A program made the translations under genes and the position numbers. A DNA stretch of 58,427 nucleotides, the filler included, from Sphacelaria rigidula (lineage: Eukaryota), in assembly GCA_964200075.2 (NCBI GenBank). It is 7 parts of 7 records of this genome, joined end to end, with 100 filler letters (N's around TTAATTAATTAA, not from the genome) between each part and the next. Parts side by side here need not be neighbours in the genome. Positions count along the whole stretch, not along the records: positions 25,085 to 33,345 come from CAXNAA020011739.1; positions 33,446 to 41,706 come from CAXNAA020011740.1; 5 more parts are not named here. One strand, 5' to 3'. Numbering within the stretch: the first letter of the stretch is position 1; every line of letters starts with the position of its first letter. The notes under the pieces are model-generated. The model did not search any database and was not told the origin of the DNA. It was given only the letters and a program-made list of their open reading frames with translations. This document shows positions 25,236 to 35,870 of the stretch, piece by piece.

Positions 25236-28200
25236 CTGATCCATTTGTACGGGCCACTCGGGGAACTCGTCGAAGACTCCCGTTTCAACATTCGGGCACG
25301 GGTCCATAGTTTCGGAAAAGACATGAAACAGGGGGGCATGCCTTCCCATATCTTCTTCCACGACGCGTGTCACGGTGTCCATAAATGCCTCCAAATACTC
25401 GAAGTACTCGGAGAAACCTTGCTCGACGTACATTTCTCTGTCGCCCATGCGCACATGCATTGCGAAATTCATTCGCGTAGAATCGAATGCGCACATCGGG
25501 GTTCCGTCATGCCTGCAAACATAAATAGCGTGAACAGGGAAATGTTTGGAAAACATGCGACCAGTGGGTCGGCGATGCTATCAAACCTGGGGCAAAACCG
25601 AGCGCAGTTGGGTGGCGGGTAGTGAAAATCATCCGCTGCACCATTCTAATGCGTGGGAGGACTGCGTACGTTTTGGACCGCATCGAAGTTCAACCACCCC
25701 TATGGTTAGGGTGAGGGTCGGGGTTAGGGTCAGGTGCGCGGTCGCTGCGCCCAAGCAGTCCTGAAAAACGTCGGTCACGGGGTGTTTTGAACTCCGATGC
25801 GGTCCAAAAAAGCACGCGGTCCTCCCACGCAACACACGATCGTCTTTCCCAGCAGGCCAAGGAAACGGCACGTTGCGAAGTCACTACTCTGCTGCGCTGT
25901 CGTGCGACTGAGGGAATATAGCGCTATGTCCACTGACACGGAAATCATTGTGCATGGTACCGTTCCAGTGACTTGCCCCATACGCCTTTTCCAGGGAAAC
26001 CAGCAGTGGTCGTTGTCACAACCACCCACACGTAATATAGCAACACAGATGCGGCGAAGTAGAGTAGAACGACTACGGCGTTGCTGGATCCAGCGAGTAT
26101 TTGTTCGGTGTCTACTGTTGAGCGCATGTCAGTAAGCCGTGGCCGCTTGATGAACACGCTGAAAGCGTGACATAGAAATGGGGTACCTTCACACTCCGTG
26201 GTAACCCCGCAAAACGCTGCCTTTCTCGAGCCTGCTTTCTACTGCAAGCGTACTGTTTCACGAGCCAACAGAACGCACGTCCAAACCAAGGTTCATGTAT
26301 AAATCACAAGTTTATAATGAGCAAGTCTAGAAGACAGATCCTACGGATAGGGGAAGGGCGGGGGGGGGGGATGAGTTCACCGAACAAAGGGGTGCTGCCC
26401 GACATCAAACACTCGTCGAGCCCTTGTGTGTGACTGACACAGTTGGCGGGCGGTGTTGGGAGCTGTATTTACCTAATTATTTTGGCTACAAGAAACCGCC
26501 GTGAGACAAAATCAAAACCTTGCGGTAGGTCCACGTCATATCTGCTCGCCAACAGCAAGAAAGTCCATGTTTCGTCACATGGCCGTATTGCGCAGCCGTT
26601 TGAGCGTGGTTAACAGTTCAAGTAATATCCCTACACCCAGGCTGGACGACTGACACCTTCAGAGGCAGCCACAGTCCACCGCAGAATGAGGCAAGGGTAT
26701 TCGGTGGAACTGGTGCGATACAGGGCGAGGAACGGCAGAATGCGCGAAACCTTTGCAATTTTGTTGCTTTGTTGCTTCCACGAAACCCTCAGTTTGACGG
26801 ATGCATGCTACCCAAAAACGGAAGACGCTGAATCAGTTAAACGCCGATTAAAGCAAAAACAAGCGCAGTCCATCATCAGCTGATTGAAAACTACGCTCTG
26901 ACCCATCGCGAAATCTATCGCGCGCTGTGCATCTCGTGGTCAACGTGTGAAAGGCATTGAGTTCAGGGGAGGTATTTGCCGCGGTTGGCAACGTGAATCT
27001 CCGGATCTTGCCGGGCTTGGTGAACTCTCTGCGGACCCAAAACGATCAGAATCGGCTGGACCAAGAGTGTCACTGTCAACACGTTTTTCCACAAGACGGC
27101 ACCTTACCACGTGTTATGTTGAAATCAATAACATAAAAAAAAACATCTTCTTGCAGCAACACTTTCAAATGGCTTCTTGCTAGAAGTGGCTCACAATCCC
27201 CCCCCCCCCCAACACACACGTCTCGAAAGGGATGCGTGGTCAATGGTCAAACGACTAAGGCAAGCAACAAATGAGTACGCCCCCCCCCAACACACACACT
27301 AGAATTAGTCTTCCGCACGCACAATTTCGAATAAGATACGTCATCCATCGTGATCTCTCACCCTGGACGGGGAATACTGTGGAAATTCCGCCGAAACTTC
27401 GACAGAACGCTGCGCATGGCGCCTTGCATGAACTCCTCCCACCCCAGGCGCACCGTATAGAGCGCACCTACACCCCTGCCCGCTTCGAGCAGCAAGTGGT
27501 CCCACGTAGGGTGATGTGAATCTATGGAGGCCAGCTCCTTGTGAGTCGTTCGAATCGCTCCCGGTATTGCTCGTATCTTCAATGTAGGAAAACGATCAAG
27601 AAAAGCGAATAGCGGCGATCACAAGAAAAAACGTTAGACATGTACGTGCACTCTCGGCTTAATAAACGAGGAAACACCCGGGTCAGGTGCGACGTCCTTG
27701 CTCATAACGTACATCGAGAATATGTATCATGGTCACGGCTGAAAATACTCGCAGGTATCAACGCAAGACGCATCGCCGAAACGAGCGCGTGCGGTGTGAC
27801 GACCGTGTAATGCGTGAGAGGACCGCGTGCTTAGGGTGGCGCATCGTAGTTCGAATCACCTCACGATCGACGATTTTCAAAACCAATTGGACCAATCCCT
27901 GCAGGGATCGCGCCCCTGACCCTAACCCCAACACTAACCCTAACCCTGACCATAGGGATGTTCAAATTCCGATGCGGTCCTCTAAGCACGCATTACAGAC
28001 CGTCGCATTCATCAGAGCCCGCTTTCCGGCCGTCGGTGGAGGAACGAAATAAAACAATCAGGTATGCGTGAGGCAGTCTGCCTTCCTACCGGAAGACGTA
28101 GTGGGCAATTGGTCATGGCCACATATGGACATGCCAATCGAGGGTGCAAATCGCCGGTAGGTATGTCCTCCTGTGCGGAAACGTCCCGGGGACCAGAACA

Positions 28201-29483
28201 AACTCATGTATGCTGTAAGTTCGACAATTTCTGGGCTTGACCCCTTGAACGCCAGCACAAGTCATCCATGGAATCGTGTTCCATTTCACATGAAACGTTG
28301 ATGCATGACACAGATGATCTACCCTTGTGGTCAAGGGGTCGACAACTGGTGGCAGAGTGACAATAAGATCTGGAAAATGACTCCTTCTCAATGGCACCCT
28401 GTCGATCTAGACGCACAATGCACGCCAGCGGGGAAAATGCTAGAGTGAGAACAGAGTAGTCCCAGCTCAATCCTCTGTTCCTCTCTCGACGACTACGACC
28501 TCGCCATTTCAAGCAGCAAGCTTCAACGGAAATCGGGATAAAATATTGTTAATCAAGAGAAGAGCCCTTTACTCTATTATGGTGTACGTACTCAAAATCA
28601 AGGGAATTTCGTGTCATACCAGCGTATTGCCGATCGCAGGCGAGACTCTCACATCGACAACATAGAAGCGCTCTCACCCTGACAACCATGCTCCTCTCGC
28701 CAAGCGGTAGCTCCACGGACGCTTTGTCGAACCTGAAAAACTCCGTCCAGTTCACAACGGAGCAGGCTGCATGCAGTCTCTTCGCGTCCGCGTTTATCGT
28801 GTCTCGCTTGCGCGTGTTGACTTTTTCGTGACAGTACAGCGCGGTACCGTTGACGGATGGCACACTACTTTGTACCACTGGATCGACCCAATCACAGCCT
28901 ATGCCAGGGTAGTTTCACACATGCAACATCCGAGATATACGGAACGAGGATTGCAAGGAATTTGGAGCGCCGATAGACCAGGATCTGAAACCGTGGAAAG
29001 CGGGGGAATGCTTCATAGAGGGCATGCACGTTACGGTACCACTCGGGGGATGTTGGCTTGCTACTTTGGGGTCGTATCCACAAAGATTTCAAAGTGAGAG
29101 TATCTTTGCGGCCGAGTGCGTAGTGACACTTGGGTGGGGAAATGCTGAAAATTCCGGCGCATGACATCAGGCGTCTACTTGAACTTTCAGTTACGGTTGA
29201 TGAGGAGTGAAATGGAAGGCCCAGCTTCGACCCCACCTAGAGCTTCAGCAAACATCCAATTCGAGACCGTCCTCATAGCGGAGCTGCCCGCGCCATCATT
29301 CGAAGTCCCCGGCTTGAGCACGCATCGCGTCTCCAACCGTTGTAACTCGCGCGAAGTATCTCTCAGTAGATTCCTTTCTAGCAATCGCGGTTGCATATTC
29401 TTGGGTATTGTGGCGACCCAGGCAGTCCAAACCTGTGATGATGTCAACCGTCGTTTAGCGTCGATAATTTGGGTGAAGATATC
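25236..29483 (-). CDS. Partial fucosyltransferase-like (GT-B; GT11/GT23-type motifs) gene; exons 29483-29237, 28898-28678, 27576-27362, 25512-25236
   Basis: Phase-compatible GT-AG exons give NDGAGSSAMRTVSNWMFAEALG|CDWVDP...LYCH...CSVVNWTEFFRF...WDHLLL...KFRRNFHSIPRPG|HDG...NFAMHVRMGDR...LFHVFSE. HVRxGD and FVFS(D/E) are GDP-fucose-binding motifs I and II. The 5' boundary of the first listed exon is uncertain. Confidence 0.75.
25645..25836. mobile_element. Foldback MITE (TGT...ACA family, termini decayed) with internal TTAGGG-like repeats, copy 1
   Basis: About 45-bp TIRs (TAATGCGTGGGAGGAC...GGACCGCATCG) enclosing GGTTAGGGTGAGGGTCGGGGTTAGGGTCAGG. Confidence 0.78.
27220..27279 (+). mobile_element. 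60-bp 5'-truncated LINE insertion with 18-bp TSD
   Basis: LINE 3' end flanked by CCCCCCCCCAACACACAC at 27202-27219 and 27280-27297. Confidence 0.85.
27806..27997. mobile_element. TGT...ACA foldback MITE with CCCTAA-like repeats, copy 2 (opposite orientation), 5-bp TSD GACCG
   Basis: TGTAATGCGTG...CACGCATTACA; GACCG at 27801-27805 and 27998-28002; internal CCCTGACCCTAACCCCAACACTAACCCTAACCCTGA. Confidence 0.82.
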
Positions 29484-29877
29484 CTGGGAGGTATGGCACA
29501 GCCCGCTTGCGCCACACCGATTCATGTTATCCAACTCAGCGTCAGGTCTTGGAATATACCCAGTGACCTCTTCGAGCGCCCGCATATATATTCCATGCTC
29601 ATGTTTACAGAAAACATTTCACCAAGTTTTACTCAAAGAATCGACCCCTGAACACCGAGGCAGCCATCTGTTGGATCGACATTACTATTATTTGATAAAG
29701 CATCGCCATACAATGTACTCATGTGCGGGTGTTCAAAGGGTGGGCGAAGCGAGATGCCACAACTCGCTGCTGGATCGACCATGAGTAGCATACACACGTC
29801 GGACAACTATTTTCACTGGTTGAGTTTTAACGTACAACTCGCGGTACACGTTCCCACTGGCTGAGTTATGGGGTAAA

Positions 29878-30076
29878 TGTAATGCGTGAGAGGACCGCGT
29901 GCTTAGAGGACCGCATCGGAGTTTAAACACCCCTATGGTTGGGGCTAGGGTTAAGGTTAGGGTCTGGGGCGTGGTCCTTGCAGGGACTGGCCCCATTGAT
30001 TTTGAAAAACGTCGATCCTGAGGTGTTTTGAACTACGACGTGCCCCCCCAAGTACGCGGTACTGTCACGCATTACA
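29878..30076. mobile_element. TGT...ACA foldback MITE with TTAGGG-like repeats, copy 3
   Basis: TGTAATGCGTGAGAGGACCGCGTGCTT...AAGTACGCGGTACTGTCACGCATTACA; internal GGTTGGGGCTAGGGTTAAGGTTAGGGTCTGGG; inserted into a 42-bp-type repeat unit. Confidence 0.8.
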
Positions 30077-30172
30077 ATAGCTCAGCGGAGCGTTTTTCCT
30101 CTTGCTGAGCCATATGACATTACTCAGGGGTACGCATTTCCATTGGCTGAGGTATACAGTATGACAGTACAA

Positions 30173-30556
30173 CCGGTCGCCCCGGTGGCTCAGTTGGTAA
30201 CCTCGAAACCCTCTGACGGTTGGATCGTGGGTTCAAATCTCGAAGCGATCTGGGATTTTGTCTCACGCCATGCCCAACAATGGAGAGCGACTACGTCGTG
30301 GGTACACAAAAGTTCGACTTAACGGTCGACGAGAGAAAGGGACTTCTGAACCCCTCTCGCGATAAAACAAACAAACGCGAGCACCGCAGAAGGACGGCGG
30401 GGTACTAAAAAACAAATAATAATAATAAAAGACTGTGTTGACCTTCCTTCTGTGTGCTTCCTCCTGTGTGCTTCCTTCTGTGTGACCCCGGCTGGTGCTC
30501 CCACATATACCAAAAGGTGCAGCCCGGCGTCCAGAATAAATGGGACGGCAACACAC
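30173..30556 (+). mobile_element. Full-length ~380-bp tRNA-derived SINE
   Basis: A-box TGGCTCAGTTGG, B-box GGTTCAAATCT, body shared with other copies, 3' end ...GGGACGGCAACACAC. Confidence 0.85.
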
Positions 30557-32258
30557 TATGACTCACCGCCACGTATTTCCATTAGCTGAGGTATCTGGTG
30601 AAACTCATTGGTACCTATTTTCACTGGATAGGGTATACGACATAACTGAGTAAGCACATGATGTGTCCGACGTGTGGAAGTATGCGACAATCACTGCGCC
30701 ATCACCAATGACAACAGTGCCAGCGTCCGCGAATTGAGGGTCGGGAATCAAGGGTTGTACAATATCCTGCCCCGTGGAGGTGTGCAGGCAGAGAATGCCT
30801 CGGGCACAGCGGGAACAAACAACATTCAAGGGCAGTCGGCGACACCGTTTTAAAGTTGGCGTTACCTCTTAAACGATGAGAGTTTCAGTGCACGATATGG
30901 GATACCGATATTTTTTGCTCGCATTGGTTTGATCCAGGACACGTCGACTACTCATGTGACTGCGCAGCTAGATATTACAATGCACTGGTCACCGCGTCCT
31001 GGCGGTTTGATAGTTCGAATGACACCATTAGCGTAGAGAAAACGCGGGTTCGATCCCCGATGCGTCAGGATGTTTCTTGAAGTATCTGTATCACACCATC
31101 GAAAGCGTGGAGTGAACGAGCAAGTTATTGACTGAGCTTGGTTGACGAGAGTTGGCGCGCATTGCAGGAGTGCTGACCCAATCCGCGAGACCAAACTACA
31201 CGGCGTGTACTGAGAAGAGATGGCTTTGATCCCTTCAGATCATCGACTCGTCCGGAGGAAGAAGAGGGATTCGAAGTGCCACAAACAAAAAAATCCGAGT
31301 ATGAACGCCTGGATGGGCAGGGTGACTCGTGTACAGAGTCGAGCTGGGGGACAGTGAGAAGAGGTTTGCTCGGTAAGGTAGGCCCAACCTGATTGAGGAC
31401 GTGGGATACTTTCAAACCCGAGACTACCTGGGTGGAGGGGCACCAAAACCTTGGTACCTACCCGTACACCAGACCACCTCGATGACTATTCAGCATGAGG
31501 GCTGGGTTCAAAGTGGCGCGGCAAGGTGGGGCACTCTCAAATGCGCTGCACTAAACTAGAAATAGCGAACTGCATAGTAAAGGTTCCTACCGGTCTCCCG
31601 GAGACGAAAAAAAAACAGAAATATACAGGAGTTACATTTCGGCTCATTTTTGAGCCCTGCAGGCAGGTGCCCTCTTGCTGTATTCTTCACTTGATTTTGG
31701 AGTACATATCTTTTGGGGCCAGTTCGTTCTATGGAGCTCTGAGAAGCCACCATTTCTTTCTTCACTCGACTTTGATGTAAAATATTTCGCTGATTGTACG
31801 TATCAGCCCCTACGGTTGTATTTCGCTGGGCATTAGGGTGCGTTCCTGTTCTGCTTAGGTCTGGAGTGCATACTCTTTCCGCGTTGTGTTCTCCACGGCA
31901 TTCTGACGTTTGATGCATTTTCTCCTTGGACGGTGGACCCTTCGACCGTCGGAGATGCCACCTTTCATCGTACACAGGCCCCACATTCATTCGTGGAACC
32001 GGTGTCGTTTTCACTTGAAGATTGAATCGGCATCATGCTATGTTGGATCGGCTATGCGGAACGACTTTCCGTTCAATTTAGGGGCACACCGGGAGTATGT
32101 TGGTGATCTTGCCCGCATGTCGCATCGCTTCGACTGTACTCCTATTTTACTGTATCTTAACTATTGTTGTAGCTGCTGCTGCTGCCCTGCCGTACATGCG
32201 ATTATTTCATCACGAGACTCTAAAACCAACGGCTTCTATTTCAGATTTGAGTCGGTAG

Positions 32259-32400
32259 CTGGTTCCCGCGGTGGCCCAGTTGGTAACCTCGAAACCTTGT
32301 GACGGTTGGGTCGTGGGTTCGAATCTCAGTGCAGTCACACGATCTGGGATTTTATCTCACTCCATGTCCAACAATGGAGAGCGACTACATCGTGGGGGTA
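32259..32400 (+). mobile_element. SINE, 3'-truncated copy
   Basis: Matches about 30173-30305, including A and B boxes. Confidence 0.8.
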
Positions 32401-33097
32401 GATAAAAGTCGACAACCTGTGTGTTTTTGGTTTGAGGAGGAAAGGAGATCCCCACGTTCAATCAAGCCGTGCTTTCGGTTTGCGGGGGCAATTGAGTCCC
32501 CCGCTTTCACCTCTGGATGCGTCGGGTTGTTTTGTCATGTTTCAAGCCCCTGCATGAGCCTCTGTCATCGGGACACCCATATTGTTCCTCTTCTGGCTAG
32601 AAACGAGGCAAACTTTTTCATTTTTGTAACCGGCATCATGATCGATTGGGAAAGGTATGAAAAAGCAACGTGCCGTCCTTCTCCACTGAACGCTCGAGGC
32701 GGAGGTGAATACAAACCCTTATTTTTCGAATTCGAATCAGCATCAGCTCAACGGGTGCTGGTCCCTTTTCTGTGGTGGACGCGCGTCTCGCCCAAATCAC
32801 CATCTCTCACGGAATCCTGAAACAGGTCTGCGCAAGGCCTCGAACACCGTGCTCAGCTCATGAGCTGGCTGCTACTACGGCTTTGCCAAACTATGCCATG
32901 TACCATCACGCAACGGACATGGTGTCAGCACCGGTGCCGATGGATCTCACCTGTCGATCCACTAAGCGTGGCGGCAAGAGCCGCCGAAAGTCTCGGATAC
33001 ACATACATATATATGCCCAGAGAAATGCACGCGAAGAAGCTGATACGTATAACCAGCGAAGAAGTGTACACACGCGGCCATTTGGCTACCTCCAAAA

Positions 33098-33335
33098 TTC
33101 CTCCAGGTGAGTGAACTTTTCGAGCCTCCAGAGGAATTAAACGCCTCCGGAGGGGTGCGCGGCCCTCCAGAGGAAAGTTTTTGGTTTCCTCTAGAGAAAT
33201 TAAACGCCTCTTGAGGCTTATTTTCGCCTCCGGAGGGCCGCGCATACCCCCAAATTCCTCCGGAGGGGTGCGCGGCCCTCCAGGTCGGTAGAGTTTGGTT
33301 TCCTCCAGAGGGATTGAAGGCCTCCGGAGGCGTGC
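33098..33335. repeat. Degenerate minisatellite (CCTCCAGAGG...AAACGCCTCCGGAGGGGTGCGCGGCC units)
   Basis: Repeated CCTCCAGAGG and CCTCCGGAGG blocks at the contig end. Confidence 0.7.
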
Positions 33336-33445
33336 TTTCCCGCTGNNNNNNNNNNNNNNNNNNNNNNNNNNNNNNNNNNNNNNNNNNNNTTAATTAATTA
33401 ANNNNNNNNNNNNNNNNNNNNNNNNNNNNNNNNNNNNNNNNNNNN

Positions 33446-33500
33446 GGAAGGGATGCGTGGTCAATGGTCGAACGACTAAGGCAAGCAACAAATGAGTACG
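33446..33500 (+). mobile_element. LINE 3'-end fragment at contig start
   Basis: Same 3' terminus as other copies, followed by a C-tract. Confidence 0.8.
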
Positions 33501-33890
33501 CCCGCCCCCCCCCCCATTGATGAATGACGCTGTAAAACACGCCTCACACTGCGGAAGCTAGGTAAACAGGTTACCGTTTTTTGTGCGTGCTTGCGTTTTC
33601 TGTTGCGGTTACCGTGATGGTGGCCGAGCTAGATCACATCGTGCGGGGTGGGAAAACCGCACCTCCGCGCAAAGAAGATGGTCATAATACGTAGTGTTTG
33701 AATGGTAAGATAGCCATGAGGCAGTGTAACCCGTGGCCGTCTGCGAGTGGCGATACCAGCACTCATTGGAGGCTGCCATCCATATGTAAGATACTTGTTT
33801 TCTTGGGCCGAACATTCTTGGTAGGATACAGCTCACCCCTCACGCGACTCGCCCAACACATCACGGCGCTTCGCGCTTGGTGATTGATTG

Positions 33891-34145
33891 CAAGGGTCGG
33901 ACTTGGGAACGATTCGACTGGAAATTGTTTGATTTTAGTGTAATTGATTCGTACCGTACAAATCAATCCTTAGCCTTTGTTTCCAGCTTTGCAATCGAGG
34001 TACGCGCAGCCCAGGCACATGGAATGGCGCAAAACCTGCGTGGAGACCTTCTTGAGCAGCGGTCAACTTTTTTTTTTTCAAGCAATCAGGCCTGAAAAGT
34101 CGTGGATTTGGTGATTCGAACCGGCGATGATACGTCCGAACCGTG
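33891..34145. mobile_element. hAT-like MITE, 8-bp TSD ATTGATTG
   Basis: Imperfect TIRs CAAGGGTCGGAC / GTCCGAACCGTG; TSD at 33883-33890 and 34146-34153. Confidence 0.85.
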
Positions 34146-35370
34146 ATTGATTGCGAGCCTGGTCCGGCGAAAACCCGGCGTGCTCCGTTCCGGGTTTGTA
34201 GAGATGCGAGGTCCATGGTACTACGACTACGGCATGCAAGATCATGAATACCCTTCCATGATGAACACTCCGCAGCAGTAAGGGTTCGACTGTTTTTGGC
34301 ACCATAGCATTACCGATAACACTGTTGTTGGACACCTTGAGGGTCCCACTACAGTGCGGTCCTCTAAAGTGCGAGGTCCCACGACAGTGCTGTCGAACAA
34401 ATCACCGTCACAGGTTACAAGCCTGGTTTGCTATACCAGTACTAGCATCAAGTGATGACCCTCTTTGACTATAGTGCAGGGTCCCAGTACAGTGCGGTCA
34501 TGCCGGGCTGATGACCAACCACATTATGCTAGGACCCACACTATGTGTCGTATGTCACCCTCGCCTCACCTAAAATCCCTGAATGTCCCTCCGGATGGTG
34601 AATTTCCGCATCTTAGGAACTTTTCCCCGGCACGTGATATGGATCATGTTCCACTGCGTCTAGCACAAGATAGTTCTTCGTTTACCCTACATGTTGACCT
34701 GGTAATTTGCACAGACTCGCAGTGCAACAGCCGCCTCTGTCCTCGATCGTCGATCGTCGATCGTCGATCGTGAACGTTTTGTTATTGTTTTTGTTTTTCG
34801 TGTCTGCTGCACACATGATACACTACTGTTTTACTTTATTTGATTGAGCCGAGCTAAAGCTCAAAACCGTGTATTCATGTTATTTGTTCATGAATGTACG
34901 GAGAAGAAGGTTGAAAATTAGAGAGATGGAAGTTTTTTTCCACTGTGATGCTTGAGAGTAAGACCCGTTTTGACGGTGACGATGTTCGTTGCACCGACCA
35001 CCGCGGTGTCAAGGTCTTGCGTTGAATCCCGACCTCTGATCACCGCGAAAAGAGAAGTGCTATCGCCGAAGTTGGGCGGGGAAGCTTCAGTTCAATACCC
35101 GCCCGCTGGCAAGGAACACTATTTTGGGCTCGGCAGCTTATTATTTAACATCCAACCTCGCCCGAAACATGAAGGCCTTGCATCTTGTGCAAGAAGCCTT
35201 CATGGAAGTTGTTCGGGGTATCAGTTCGCGGAACGCTAGGAGTCTCTGAAACGTTCCCTCCACCTTTTATTGTTAGCTTGGATTTTCGAACAGATGGGAA
35301 AATCCCCTCATGAAAGTTGTTCAGTGTAAGAATGTAGCAAGGTTGAAGTTATTGAACCGTAGGAACATTC

Positions 35371-35626
35371 CAAGGGTCGGACAAATAATGATTCGTCTGG
35401 AAATTGCTTGGTTTTAGTATGATGGGTCGACTCGTACGAATCAATCCCTAGGTTTCGTTTTCAGCGTTGCAACCGAGGTACACACAGCCCAGACACGTGG
35501 AATGGCGCAATTGTTGCGTGGATACCCCTTGGACCAGCGATCAACTTTTTTTTTTCTTTTGGGCAATCAGGCCGAAGAAATCGTGCATTTGGTGATTTTG
35601 AGTCGTGATGATTCGTCCCAACCGTG
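35371..35626. mobile_element. hAT-like MITE, second copy, 8-bp TSD GAACATTC (third partial copy at about 41643-41706)
   Basis: Collinear with 33891-34145; TSD at 35363-35370 and 35627-35634. Confidence 0.85.
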
Positions 35627-35716
35627 GAACATTCAGGTTATGATCTCCAGGATTGTTTTCATATATACGTGTACACATGTGTTTTCTTTTGGTCTTGGCT
35701 TTTGTTTTCTTTCCAG

Positions 35717-35870
35717 GTTTTCGACCTTCGTGCGGAGTCGTGCACGGACGAGGAGAAGTGGTTGGAAGTCATCTCGTCCGACTTGCGCTTAATCATGCCC
35801 ATCACCCCGTACCGGTCGTTCAACCCGACCGATGTGGTGAACAACCGCCGCGTGCTGTTGGGCGTAGACG
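35717..35870 (+). CDS. Isolated internal exon; its start resembles the last strand and helix of a PH domain
   Basis: Strong polypyrimidine acceptor TTTTCTTTCCAG|G and donor G|GTAAGT; encodes VFDLRAESCTDEEKWLEVISSDLRLIMPITPYRSFNPTDVVNNRRVLLGVD. Confidence 0.6.

Noticed and set aside
27914-27950. Telomere or chromosome-end signal (CCCTAA repeats)
   Set aside because: Short, degenerate and internal to a MITE.
30173-30250. tRNA gene
   Set aside because: No proper cloverleaf or acceptor stem by eye, and it continues into a SINE body shared by several copies.
30660-30770. Possible signal-anchor exon of the fucosyltransferase-like gene (minus strand)
   Set aside because: A continuous hydrophobic segment requires a frameshift and no convincing donor site was found.
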